A stretch of DNA of 63,695 bases, the filler included, from Reclinomonas americana ATCC 50394 (Eukaryota): NCBI GenBank assembly GCA_048213135.1. It is 6 parts of 3 records of this genome, joined end to end, with 100 filler letters (N's around TTAATTAATTAA, not from the genome) between each part and the next. Parts side by side here need not be neighbours in the genome. Positions count along the whole stretch, not along the records: positions 13,575 to 30,316 come from PS015090.1; positions 30,417 to 36,822 come from PS015090.1; positions 36,923 to 42,407 come from PS015090.1; positions 42,508 to 61,403 come from PS015090.1; 2 more parts are not named here. One strand, written 5' to 3'. Positions 22,916 to 43,796 of the stretch are shown here, piece by piece. The position numbers were made by a program, and so were the translations under genes. Under the pieces are notes generated by a model. The model ran no database searches, was not told where the DNA came from, and saw only the letters and a program-made list of their open reading frames with translations. The first letter of the stretch is position 1. The number at the start of each line of letters is the position of its first letter.

Positions 22916-23512
22916 GCCTTCCCTCTCTCCCCCTCCCTTCCCATTCCCTTCATCTCGCACTCACCCTTGTCTTATCTCAATCTCACACTCCCTTTCCTCT
23001 CCTCCCTTCCCTCTCCTCCTTTCCCACACAATCTGCATCACCATCCTGTTCTCCGCCTCCACGTTCTCATCCTTGTCTTCCCGTATTCCTCCCTCTTGCA
23101 TTCTGTCTCGTCCACGCACTCCTCACTCTCACTCCTTCACCAAGATCTCTCTCTCTCTCTCTCCTCCCTTTAACTCTCTCTCTCTCTCTCTTCTCTCTTC
23201 CCTCTTCTCTCCTCTTCTCTTATATTCTCTCCCTCACCTTCTCCTCTCCCTCCCTCCCCTGCCCCCTTCTCCTCCTTCTCCCCATTTACCATCCGCCTCC
23301 ACCAACAACTTATCTCGCCCACGCGGACCCAACATACTCTGCAATCGCTGCGACACTCCCTCACATTCGGCGATATCTAAGATATTTACGAAATCAATCA
23401 ATAATCCACAAAGAACAAAAAGCAAAGAAGCAAGTGCGCAACTCTGCAACACACCCTCACGTCCACTGCTCACACGCGTTCCCGCAGAGAGCAGTGAGTG
23501 CGGAAACGCCAT
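20349..23512 (-). CDS. Divergent group II chaperonin (CCT/TCP-1-like), multi-exon
   Basis: LQSMLGPRGRDKLLV; VVTNDGATAL..L..RHPATRLLV; EVGDG|TTSVVLLA; GVHATLVVRAF; VCPGGGACE; GIVEPLCSKQLQLRMATEAACSILRL. Confidence 0.85.
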
Positions 23513-23657
23513 GGAAGAGAGAGAGAGATAGGAGAGGACAGATGGAAGGGATGAGTCATCGCAAATGTACCGTTGTAACGTTCGCCTTGCATTTCACTGT
23601 TCGTGTGAGAGGAGTGGAGTCGACTTCCGCTCTCTTGTGTGTGCGCGTGTGTGAGCG
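23513..23657. promoter_or_regulatory. Probable bidirectional promoter between head-to-head chaperonin and coiled-coil genes
   Basis: Only 145 nt separate the two divergent inferred ATGs (23512 minus, 23658 plus). Confidence 0.5.
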
Positions 23658-26600
23658 ATGAGTGAGTTGGAGGAGAAGGAGAATGTGTTTGCACCGGTGC
23701 CGCATCAGGTAACACAAACAAACACTGAGAGAGAGAGAGAGTCTCCTGTGCTCACTGTTCTGTGCTTGTGTGTGTGCGTCTACATAACCCAAGGTGACAC
23801 CCACCAAGGGCAGCCCGAGTGCGACTGGCGTGCGTCGCAAGTCGCCCGGCTGCGCTGCTTCGTCGCTGTTTTCGCCGGCGAGCGCATCGACGCCACTCGG
23901 TGTGCCTTTGCATCGTCGCACTCCAGGAGGCAGCAGTGTGGTGGGCGTGAGTGCGTCGCCTGCACCGTTTACTGTGCTGGAGGAGGAAGAGGAGGAGGAA
24001 GAGGAAGAAGAGAAGGGCGGCGACGTGACGGAGCTGCGAGCGCGCATCAAGGAGCTGTCGACGCATCTGATCAACGAGCGCGACAATGTGGAGGCTTTCA
24101 GGGAGGAGTACGAGTCGATCAAGGAGGAGGGTCGTCAGCTCTACATCAAGTACGTGTCGAAGACGCAGCGGGTGACCGAGTTGATGAGCCGCACGGCGCA
24201 GCTGGAGGGCACGGTGGCGGAACGCGATGCGTCGATTGAAGCTCTGCGTGAGGAACTGGCGCAGGCGGCCGAGCGCACGGCGGCGGTGCAGGCGCAGTAT
24301 CGTGCGGCTACGGACAAGTACAAGGAGGCTGCGGAGAGCTTTATGAACGCTCGTGCCGAAATCGCCACGCTCAAGGCCGAGAATGAGGTGTGTGGAGACA
24401 AGGCACAGTCGTTGCTTGGGTTTGTCGCCACCTCTCACTGTTCGCATGCACAGGAACTCCAACGTAATGCTGGCGCTTCGCAAGACGACGTGACCTCGCA
24501 GCTGGCAACCAGGGTCGAGGAGTGCAAGGTAACTGGGGGTGCTTGTGTCGTCGACTCGAGGAGGGACAAGGCTCATGTTTCCCCCAAAACAGGTCTTGCG
24601 CCAACAACTCGACGAGGCACTGGCACAAATCGCGGAACTGGGACAAAAGCAAGAGACGAACAGAGCGACAGAGACGCCCACACGGCCGCTAAAGTCTGCC
24701 AGCGCATCGTTGCCGGACGACTTTGACTGCAGGTACACGACAGCGCAAAAATGCCTCTTGATTCCCAGGTCGTTGACATTGCTTGACCCTGCGGCAGCCC
24801 CGACCACATGAAGGAGCGACTGGAGAGCATGAATATTCGCAATCAGATGCTGCGCGAGGAGAACACGGAGCTGCAGCAGCAACTCGCGCACCTCTCACAG
24901 GCAAGTGGTTTTTCTTCTGGCATGTCTGCTATTTCTCCGTTCCACTTACGCGCGCGCGGCTTGGCGTAGACCAAGGCGTTGTTGGAGGCCACAGCGCACG
25001 ATGCGACTCAGCTGGCCACCCAGCGCGACGTGGTGATTGCACAGCGTGATGCGGCGATTCGCGAGTTTCGTCTCGATCCCCATGTTTCTCTCGCGTCATG
25101 CCTCTGACACTCGCTTCCATCGTAGGCTGGAGAGCAAATTGGCAGTCGTTTCGGCAAGCGCCCAAGAGGCATTTGCCGAGCAGCGACAGGCGCTGCTCGA
25201 TGCCAATGCTCACCTGCAGCAGCGAGTGGAAGAATTGATGCGTGAGGTGGCCGAGCGAGCGGACGAAGCCGCGGCAATGGGCGTGCAACTCAAGGCCGCC
25301 CAGGAGGTGGCCTCGTCGGCAGACGGTCGAGTGGGAGAGGCTGAGGGTGCGTCTCACTCATTGTTTTCGCGCAGTGCGCTGTGCACATTCTGACAGCTGA
25401 TGCGCGCCACAGAGCAAGTGAAGCACTGGAGGAAACGTGCCGACGACCTGCACACCAACTATCGCACACTGGAGGAGGACCTGCGCAAGATGCACAAGAA
25501 GCACAAGAAGGAGATGGCGGAGCTGCGCGATGAATTCCAGGTGTGTCTCGTGGCGACGGCTTGTGTTGTTCATTCTCCGTTGACACTGACGCCGAATGCA
25601 CACACAGTACGACAACTACAAGCAACGCTACTTGACGGCCATTGGCGACAAGTACGCCCTGCAAGAGAAACTCGACTTGGCGTTGAAGGCCGCAGCCGAG
25701 AGCAACGAACTTGTGCAGATGACTGCCGAGTTCGAGTCTGTCGTGACGGTGCGGTGATTGTAATACCTTTCAATTCAAGCGTGTATCATCGACAAACTGA
25801 ACGCACCTTTCTCTCTCCGCAGGCGAGCGCCGAGGTGCTGCTCTCCACGCAGCAGGAACTGGGTGAGGAGATTGTGTCACTGCGAGCGCAGTTGGAGCAC
25901 GCTTCCGGCGTGCGCATTGTGGACGAGGAGCATCAGCGTCTGCTGGCCACGGCCCACATGCAAGTGCAGGACCTGCTTGTGCGCCAGACATTTGCGTACG
26001 AGACGATTGAGAGCCTCACAGACCGCGTGACGGTGCTCTCGGAGCGCAGCGACGCACTGGAGCAGGTGCGTCTTGTGTACGAGCCTCAGGCCGCCGTTGC
26101 TTTGCATACCCACTGTACTTTGCAGGACAACCAAGTGCTGGCCAACTTGCGTGACGAGATGCAAATGACCATCGAGTCACTGGAGGATGACAAGATGGCT
26201 CTGCAGGGCGAGATTGCACTCGTGTCGAGTGTGGTGGAGAGCGACAAGCAAGGTGCGCGCCGTTTGCTCGACATGCTCGGAATATTGATTATCAACCATG
26301 TGTCGCACGCAGCCCTGTTGCAAGAGATTGCCAACATGACCAACGAGCAAGGCAACATGTTCCGCGAGGTGAACGAGGCCCGCGAGGAGATTGCCACTCT
26401 GCAGGAACGGATTGAGGGCTTGCAGCAGCAGGTTTGCGGGCATTCTCTCGTCAACAAGGATCTTATTGGAGGTCGCGAAGACTCACCGAGCTCGACGCTG
26501 CGCACAGTTGATTACCGCTCAAGACACGGCGCGTGAGGCCAGCGAGGCTCTCCGCGCAGTGCAGACTGCTCGCGACGCCGACTGCATTCGGTTCTGCGTC

Positions 26601-29600
26601 GATCGTGCGCTGTGGGATGCCAAGATGATGGTGTACGCGGAGGAGTGCACACGGCGTGAGGAGGAGGTTTGGGCATAGTTCACATGCACAAGGGCGCCGT
26701 CTTTTTCGGCTGCGTATCTCACGACAAGTGCGAATAGGCGCTGGAGCTTGCCGACTGGCGTCAGTTTGGCGAGCAGCTTCGCGAGCGCAAGGAGCAGGTG
26801 GAGAGTGAGGCGGAGCAAGTGGCATTCTTGGCGAGTGAGGTGGACCGCCTGAAGAACGATCTCGACACGGAGCGACAAGCACATGTACGTGCCCATCCCC
26901 CCTTTTCTGAAAGAAGATGATGTCTCACCTGTCATTCGCAGCGCGAACTGTCCGAGTTTGCTGCAGAGGAGAAGGAGGTCAACCAGGAACTGATTGCTGA
27001 CCTGGAGGTGCGACCATTGTGCTAGTGCGAGACTTGTTTCGAATCTGCCTCACCCGCCCCCATCACAGCAACAACTGGCTCGCATGCGTGAGACACTCGC
27101 GACGACAGAGGACGAATTCGCATCGTTCAAGTCGCAGGCGGAGGAGTCGATTGTGAGCGTGCAGAGTGATCTGGGACAGGCCATCGTTGCGACCATGCCA
27201 GTTAATATTCATCGACATTGTTGTGCCAGCTGCTGACCACTGAGTGCCGAATCACAGGCCGAGCGCGTGGCTCTGGAACAAGAGCTGTTTGCCACCCGTA
27301 CCGACTTGGCTGACGCTGCAGCAAGCAGCATCTGCCGTCAAGTGGTGGCCGAACAGCGCTTGGTGGCGCTGCAGGAGTTCACCAATGAGTCGCTGGCGAT
27401 TGCCGACAGGCGCTTGCTGTCGTCTGAGGAGGAGAACAGCACATTGCGCGCCAACAACAGCACCATGCAGGAGCGGAATGCTCTCCTCAAGAGAGCCTAC
27501 AAGGTGCGATAGGATGAGGATTCAGATGCTGCGTGCAGTACGATACTTATGGTGTGTGCGCAGGAGCTGCAAGTGTCGTTCGAGAGCGCACAGATGCAAG
27601 TGTCGGACTTGCAGATGCAAATTCGTACCGAACGCACTCGCATGGTGTCCTCCGAGGCCGGCGTGTCTGAGCTGTTGCGTGTACATATATACTCGTACAT
27701 CGTGCATCATGGTGATTCACTGTATTTTGTGCATCACACACAGCGCTGCCAAGCTGCAAGAGCAACAAGAGCAGTACGACGGACTGACGACTGTGCTGCA
27801 GAAGAAGGTCGAGGAGTTGCTGGATCTGGAGTCGCGCTATGTCGAGGTGCAGACGCTGTTGTGCAAGCACGAAGCCACAATCCAAGAGGTGCGCCAGTGC
27901 GGAGTGTGCTTATTGCACTGCTGTCTGTTGTTCCTGACTCTGCTTGCGCAGTCGGAGAAGGCTGTCGAGCATGCTCGCCGAACCGCCAGTGCGGCGGAGC
28001 AGCAGGTCGAGGCGTTGCAGGAGCGACTGAGCCGAGCGCAGGAGACCATTGAGTCCAAGTCGGAGCATCAGAGTGCACTGGAGAAGACGCTGCGCGAGAA
28101 GGAGGTGCGCGACAATCATGGCAATCCTTTCCCTGCGTCTAACTAACGCTGTGCTCTTGTGCAATGCCAGGGAGTGGAGCAGGAGATGGACACGCTGATG
28201 CTCAACAACACGAGCCTGCAAGAGGAGGTCGGCAGCCTGCGCGAGCGTGTGCACACGCTGACAACGCAGCTCGACGAATCAACCACCACGGTGGAGGCTC
28301 TGTATGCCACTATTCGCGAGAAGACGGCCTCGTTGCTGGCCGCCACGCAGCGTCGCGATGAACTCGAGGTGAGAAGCTGCCTGTTTTACTCACGACATGA
28401 AATTCGGCAAAGCTGACTGACTGAGTTGCTTGCTTCTTGTCCTTTCACACAGATCCTCCTCGAAGAAAAGGAAGACCGGCAGCAGATCATCGAGCAGCAA
28501 CTGGCGGTGGCCAGCGCAGCACGTGACGCACTGCAGCAGCAGCTGACCGAGGCTCAGGTCGAGCTTGCCAAGTCGACGCAGGACACCGACGAGCGAGTGT
28601 GTGCGCTGGAATCGCAACTGAAGGAGGCCGTCGCGCGTGCCGATGCCGCCGACGCCACTGTGCACCAGCTCACTGAGGCTCAAGCGCTGCTGCAAAGATC
28701 TTCGGCTGAATTGTCGGCCGCCGAGACGCAGCTGCGTCAGGAGACGGACGAGTTGAGATCGCGTGTCGTGGAGCAAACGGCGCAGATCGAACAGTACACT
28801 CGAGACAACGCCGAGCTGTCGGAGCAACTGCGCGCAGTGGAGGCTAGCCGACAGGAGGTGCTGCTGAATGTCGAAGTGCTGGAACGGGCGGCGGTCTCGG
28901 TGAGTCTCGACTATGCCAGTGCTTGACAATTGCCAATCGGATTCTGAGTTGTCTCTCTCTCTCTCTGTGATGGCAGTTCCGTGAGGCTGTCGAAGCGCAA
29001 TCACGCACCGTTGCAGTGGCGCATGACGCTGAATTGGAGGCAATGCAGAAGCAGTTGCAGGAGGTGAGTCGAGCAGACTGAAAGACAAGCACGACACGCA
29101 TATTTGCTGACACTGCGTGCTTTGCGGAAACACAGGTGAAGAGCCGCGAAGAGGCTCTGCTGTCGGAGATGCAGTCGTTGATGGCAGATCGGCAAAAGTC
29201 GCTGAAGAAGGCGGCCGAGGAGATTAGCAAGATGCGCCAGGCACAAGCGGACGCCATCAAGCAAAAGACCGAGGCACAGCGCCAGGCGGCGGAAATGGTC
29301 GGCCGCCCGTGCGTCTGCTCCCCGACGTATTCATCATATTTCTCACGATTCTTATTCCGTGCAGGAGACACAATCCAAGGAGGTCGGACGGCAGCTGATG
29401 GACGCTCACAAGGAGCTCAATGCAGCGCGCGAATCGGCCATCAAGCGCGCCAAGGAGCTCGAGGATCGCATCACCGAGTTGGAGACCGAGCTGGAGATTG
29501 CCAAGAACGAAAAGGTGAGAGACTTGCGAGCGTGCTTCTCTCCGCGCGTGAGCATGTGTATGGACTCACGCCCATCCATGCGCAGGAGGAACTGGTGTTG

Positions 29601-30190
29601 GAAATGGATATCTTGGTAATGACCTGCAAGAAGGAGTCGTCTCCGCAGGCCGAGTTTGCACAACTGCAGCAGGAGAAGCTGGCGGCTGATCGCGAGGTTT
29701 GTGTGCATTCGACAGCAAGTGCAATCCCCATGTGCAACCTGCTGACGTCTCACGCGTTGTACTGCAGGTGTCGGCCCTCACAATCAAGCTGAATGCCCAT
29801 GAAAAGACCATTCAGCAGCTGAAGGACGAGATCGAGGCGCTGCGCAAGTGGGCCACGCAGTACAAGGAGCACGGCGAGAAGAAGGTTTCCCTCATGTGCT
29901 GTGCCACAACAATTATGATGACCTCCTGTTCCTCACTCCCTGTGTTCCGCTCCCAGATCCGCATCCTCACACGCAACCTGGGCAAGGCCGAGACCGAGGT
30001 GCGCGAACTCGACGCATTCCTCACGCACGTACGCGAGACGTGTGTGGCACACTCGGCGCATTTCACGCAATCGGCGGCGCACGAAGACATTCGCAGACTG
30101 TTCGAGGAGATCGCGCTTAGTGTGCCCACCGAGCCGGCGGCCTCTTCATCGGTGTCGATCTCCTCGTCGTCCTCCTCTTTCTCCATGTAA
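23658..30190 (+). CDS. Large coiled-coil protein (centrosomal/golgin/myosin-tail-like), >20 short introns
   Basis: Successive E/Q/L/A/R-rich heptad exons (e.g. VTELRARIKELSTHLINERDNVE, QQIIEQQLAVASAARDALQQQL) joined by ~60-80 nt introns. Stop TAA at 30188-30190. No specific family recognised. Confidence 0.8.
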
Positions 30191-30416
30191 CCGGGTGTGC
30201 GATAGTGGGGGGATGGTGGTGATGTTCCCGGCCGAGTAAGTGTTTTTTTTGCGGTCGCAACAAACCGAGTAATACTGATTTCTTGGGAAGCTGTCTTTCG
30301 CACTGTTTCCTCTCTTNNNNNNNNNNNNNNNNNNNNNNNNNNNNNNNNNNNNNNNNNNNNTTAATTAATTAANNNNNNNNNNNNNNNNNNNNNNNNNNNN
30401 NNNNNNNNNNNNNNNN

Positions 30417-40390
<9,974 letters not shown>

Positions 40391-40729
40391 TGTAGGTCGA
40401 CCACAGAGGATTCGCGCTGCTGGGCCACGCGAGGCGGAGGCATTGCGCGTGGTCATCGTCGAGGCTCCGGTATTCTGTTCATGCAGGAAAACTGAGCGGA
40501 GATTTCTTTTTTCGTCGTCTGGTGGCATGAGAATCCGACTCGCCCGCAGGTTGGTTCGTGAGTTGGTGGATTGAGCACGTGCGTGGCGTGCACCTGGCCT
40601 CGTCGATATCGAAGGCGGTGTGGAGAGAATATAAATCCGTACACAAGTACAGATAAATCGATATTGATTCCGCACAATTCGTTCACAAGCAAGTCCGTCA
40701 CGCTGTTGTGTTGCAGATCGCAGTTCTCG

Positions 40730-41262
40730 ACTTGCTCGGAAGACCACCGGAACTCGCGATCTGGACCTGGCTTTGCTTTTTCCGACGATTGGAACCGAGA
40801 GCGAATACACACACACACAGGAAACCTGCTGCCTCAAGATTGGTGTCTGTGTTGATGTTTTGGATCCGGTTGAACTTGGTCATCGAGACAACTGTTGCTT
40901 GTTTGTTGGTGAATGAATTTGTTGTTGTATGCAGTGATCGCTGCTGACCAGCTGTGCAGGTGCGTCAAGTCCGCTGTTTGACCACACGGTGTTGGGGGTT
41001 TCAGGTAGACTTGTTCGAAGCTCCGGATCCTGAGACCGCCTCGGCTTTGCTCTGTTTGCCTTTCCTTGGCCTTTCCCGAAGAATGGTTGGCCATGGGCCG
41101 CATACGACAGCAGTGAACGCCATGCGTTTTAGCAAGTGCGTCAAATCCACACGGTGTTAGGCGTTGCATGCACAGATCGATTTGATCAAGATCGGAGCTC
41201 CGGATCCAGAACGCTGCAGTGCTGTAGCGGTCGGACTTGGTCATCATGACAACTGTTGCTTG
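40730..41262 (-). repeat. Non-coding modular repeat, copy A
   Basis: Reverse complement of 40841-40881 (gaccaagttcaaccggatccaaaacatcaacacagacacca) matches 43079-43119. Internal repeat acaactgttgcttgtt at ~40889 and ~41249. Confidence 0.75.
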
Positions 41263-41410
41263 TTAGTTGCTCCCCACCCCACCCCACCCCACACTCCCTC
41301 CCCCTTCCCCGCTCGTAAACATTCATAAACAATTTATCATCATATTTTTCTAAACACAGCTTTGTACACAAAACATTATAAAGTGGTGCTGCTGCTCAGT
41401 GGGAGCCTCG

Positions 41411-41520
41411 TCATGCGGCGACCGAGATGGGCTCGGACGCGGGCTCCACTGGAAGTGCGGGTGCTGCCGCCGGCAAAGGCTCGGCGGCGAGTGTTGGTCT
41501 TGATTCTATTACTTCTTCTG

Positions 41521-41553
<33 letters not shown>

Positions 41554-42407
41554 GCAGCTTGTGCTGGCGGGCCATCAACAGCGCCCGCGCCAGCAACGGC
41601 GATTGCGAGAGAGGCAGTGTCGCTGCAGTGCACGTGGGGGCCGGCTCGTCTTGATCCGCCGCAGTGGTGGAGGCGGCATCCGTGGCGCACGTCTCCTCAC
41701 TCACAGGCTTCTCCTCCTTGGTGGCCTCGAGCTCCTCCGCCTCCGTCATCGCCAGGCGCTTCTGGTGGCCCGCGGCAATGGCACTGCGCAGACGCGACGA
41801 CAGCAGCGTGCGCGCCTCGGTGCTAATCGACAGTGCCGGTGACGAGGAAGTAGACGACACAGGCGAGGCAGAAGGCGAGCTGGACGCCGACACCACAAAC
41901 GTCGTCGGCGTGCGCGTGGGGGTGGCCAGTACCACCGACGACACTCCATCCTCCGGCACAGGCGCCACACTGAGAATGTCCAGCAGGCGACGCAGACGCG
42001 CACAGTGCACCCACGACTCGCGCAGGGCCACCACGAGCGCATGCACGGCCAAGGTCGACACCACCAGCGTCGGCGAGCACCACCAGCTCGACGACAACAC
42101 CAACGCAGTGGCCACCAGCATCGCCACCAGCGCCAGTGGCGAGCAGCGCATCCACACGCGCAACGCAATGACAAACAGGCGGCTGTTGAGCAGCACCGAC
42201 TTCAAGTCAACACGCTGCGACATGCGACGCCACACAGTCGCCACCAGTTGACTTGTAGTGCGCGACAACCGCACAGCGGACAGCGCACGTGCGACCACGC
42301 GCAGAGTCAACGAGTAGGCGAGCACGCTGAGCAGCGCCACGCCCCACGTGGCAGAGGACAGGTAGACGAACACCAGCGAGGCCGTCAGCAGCGCAGAGAG
42401 CGAGGCC
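41411..42407 (-). CDS. Unknown multi-pass membrane protein with Ser-rich/poly-Q C-terminal tail; 5' end in gap
   Basis: Uninterrupted >320-codon ORF with several hydrophobic segments (VFVYLSSATWGVALLSVLAYSL; LALVAMLVATALVL; TLVVSTLAVHALVVAL) and GC-rich codon usage like neighbouring exons. Confidence 0.65.
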
Positions 42408-42939
42408 NNNNNNNNNNNNNNNNNNNNNNNNNNNNNNNNNNNNNNNNNNNNTTAATTAATTAANNNNNNNNNNNNNNNNNNNNNNNNNNNNNNNNNNNNN
42501 NNNNNNNTTTGTTGTGCTGATCGATTTGTGAGTGGAGAGGCGTTGGCGGGCGGCTCTCTCATGTCCAAAAATGATGAAATGGAAATATCTTCACAGTGTG
42601 AGGCCTCACTGTGTGCAGTGGGGTGTGCAGGGGGGAGGAAGGAGGAGGAAGCTGACTGAGTGCCTGTTCGCTACCGTTGACGATGGATCAGGTGCAGAAC
42701 CGAACAGCAATTTACGGAAGCATGCGCAATCATTTCTTCATCTTCTCCTGTGGCGAAGGAGTGGCCGGTTTTCTTTGATGGTCGCGGGGAACTGTAGAGT
42801 GTTGTATAGAGCTGATGATCGTTGGCATAACGGGGACAACTGATCTGCGTTCGCAGAGCTGTGTGTTCGAATTCAATTATAAGTGAGAGTTCGTCGCGAT
42901 CACGATACAAGTTGGCAACACAGCTGCTCCCTTGACCTT

Positions 42940-43345
42940 GTTCAAAACATCATCAAACTAACCAGTCTTGAAGGCAGCGGCAGGATTTTTTGTGCACGTG
43001 CGCTGTTGGAACTTCGAAGCGATGAAATTCGAATTCGTCATTCCCCAACAAACAAGCAAGACCAATCTTGACTTCGACGACCAAGTCCAACCAGATCCAA
43101 AACATCGACACAAACACCAGTTTTGAGGGCAGTGGCAGGATTCTTTTCACGTGAGTGTGTATTCGCACTCGGAGCTTCGAACAAGTCGAGAATTGTTCAA
43201 ACTGCGATTTTCACCGCAAAGCGCTGCGCGGTTGAACAGTGGATCTGACGCACTTGCAATTGTACGACGAACAAGCGCGCATCCAGTCGCCGGGAAAGGC
43301 CAAAGCCGGGCAAGCAACGCAGAGCCGGGTTCGGATCCGCGAGGG
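42940..43345 (+). repeat. Non-coding modular repeat, copy B (inverted relative to copy A)
   Basis: Shares modules ccaacaaacaagcaa, gaccaagtccaaccagatccaaaacatc, gtgtgtattcgc, ggagcttcgaacaagtc, tgacgcacttgc and cgggaaaggccaa with the reverse complement of 40730-41262. Confidence 0.75.
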
Positions 43346-43796
43346 AAGCGATTGCAAAGCAGGAGTTGTCCGTCATCCTTAATGCAAGACCAGACGGAGC
43401 CTGCAGATCAGCGAGCATGTCCTTCGCGCTGCAATCCATGTCGCTCGTGCCTGCCTGTGCCTGTGCCTGCAGCGAGCCGGCCGCGATATCGATCGACTTC
43501 GGACCAAACTTGCATGCGCACGTCGACGCTATCGCGAGACGACTGCCGCCATCTGCAATGCAACACGCCACAGATGCATATGCAACACCTCCACTCTCTC
43601 ACACACACGCAGCACAACACCTTCGACGCGCAGTTGCATGTCCCACCGACAACATCGCCGTGTTTCGCCTTCGCTGCGAGCTGCCCTCCCCCTCACTGCG
43701 TCGCTGCGTCGACTGCAGTACACCACCACACCAAACAAGCAAAAGGAGGACACCGACGAAAAAGGCAGAGGACATAATAATACTCACTTGCAAGAA

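Noticed and set aside
22584-23661. Long Ser/Leu- or Arg/Glu-rich ORFs from the six-frame track (also ~1442-2235, 6408-7205, 38509-39730, 58328-59390)
   Set aside because: These are translations of (CT)n/(GA)n intron tracts or N runs that lack stops by composition.
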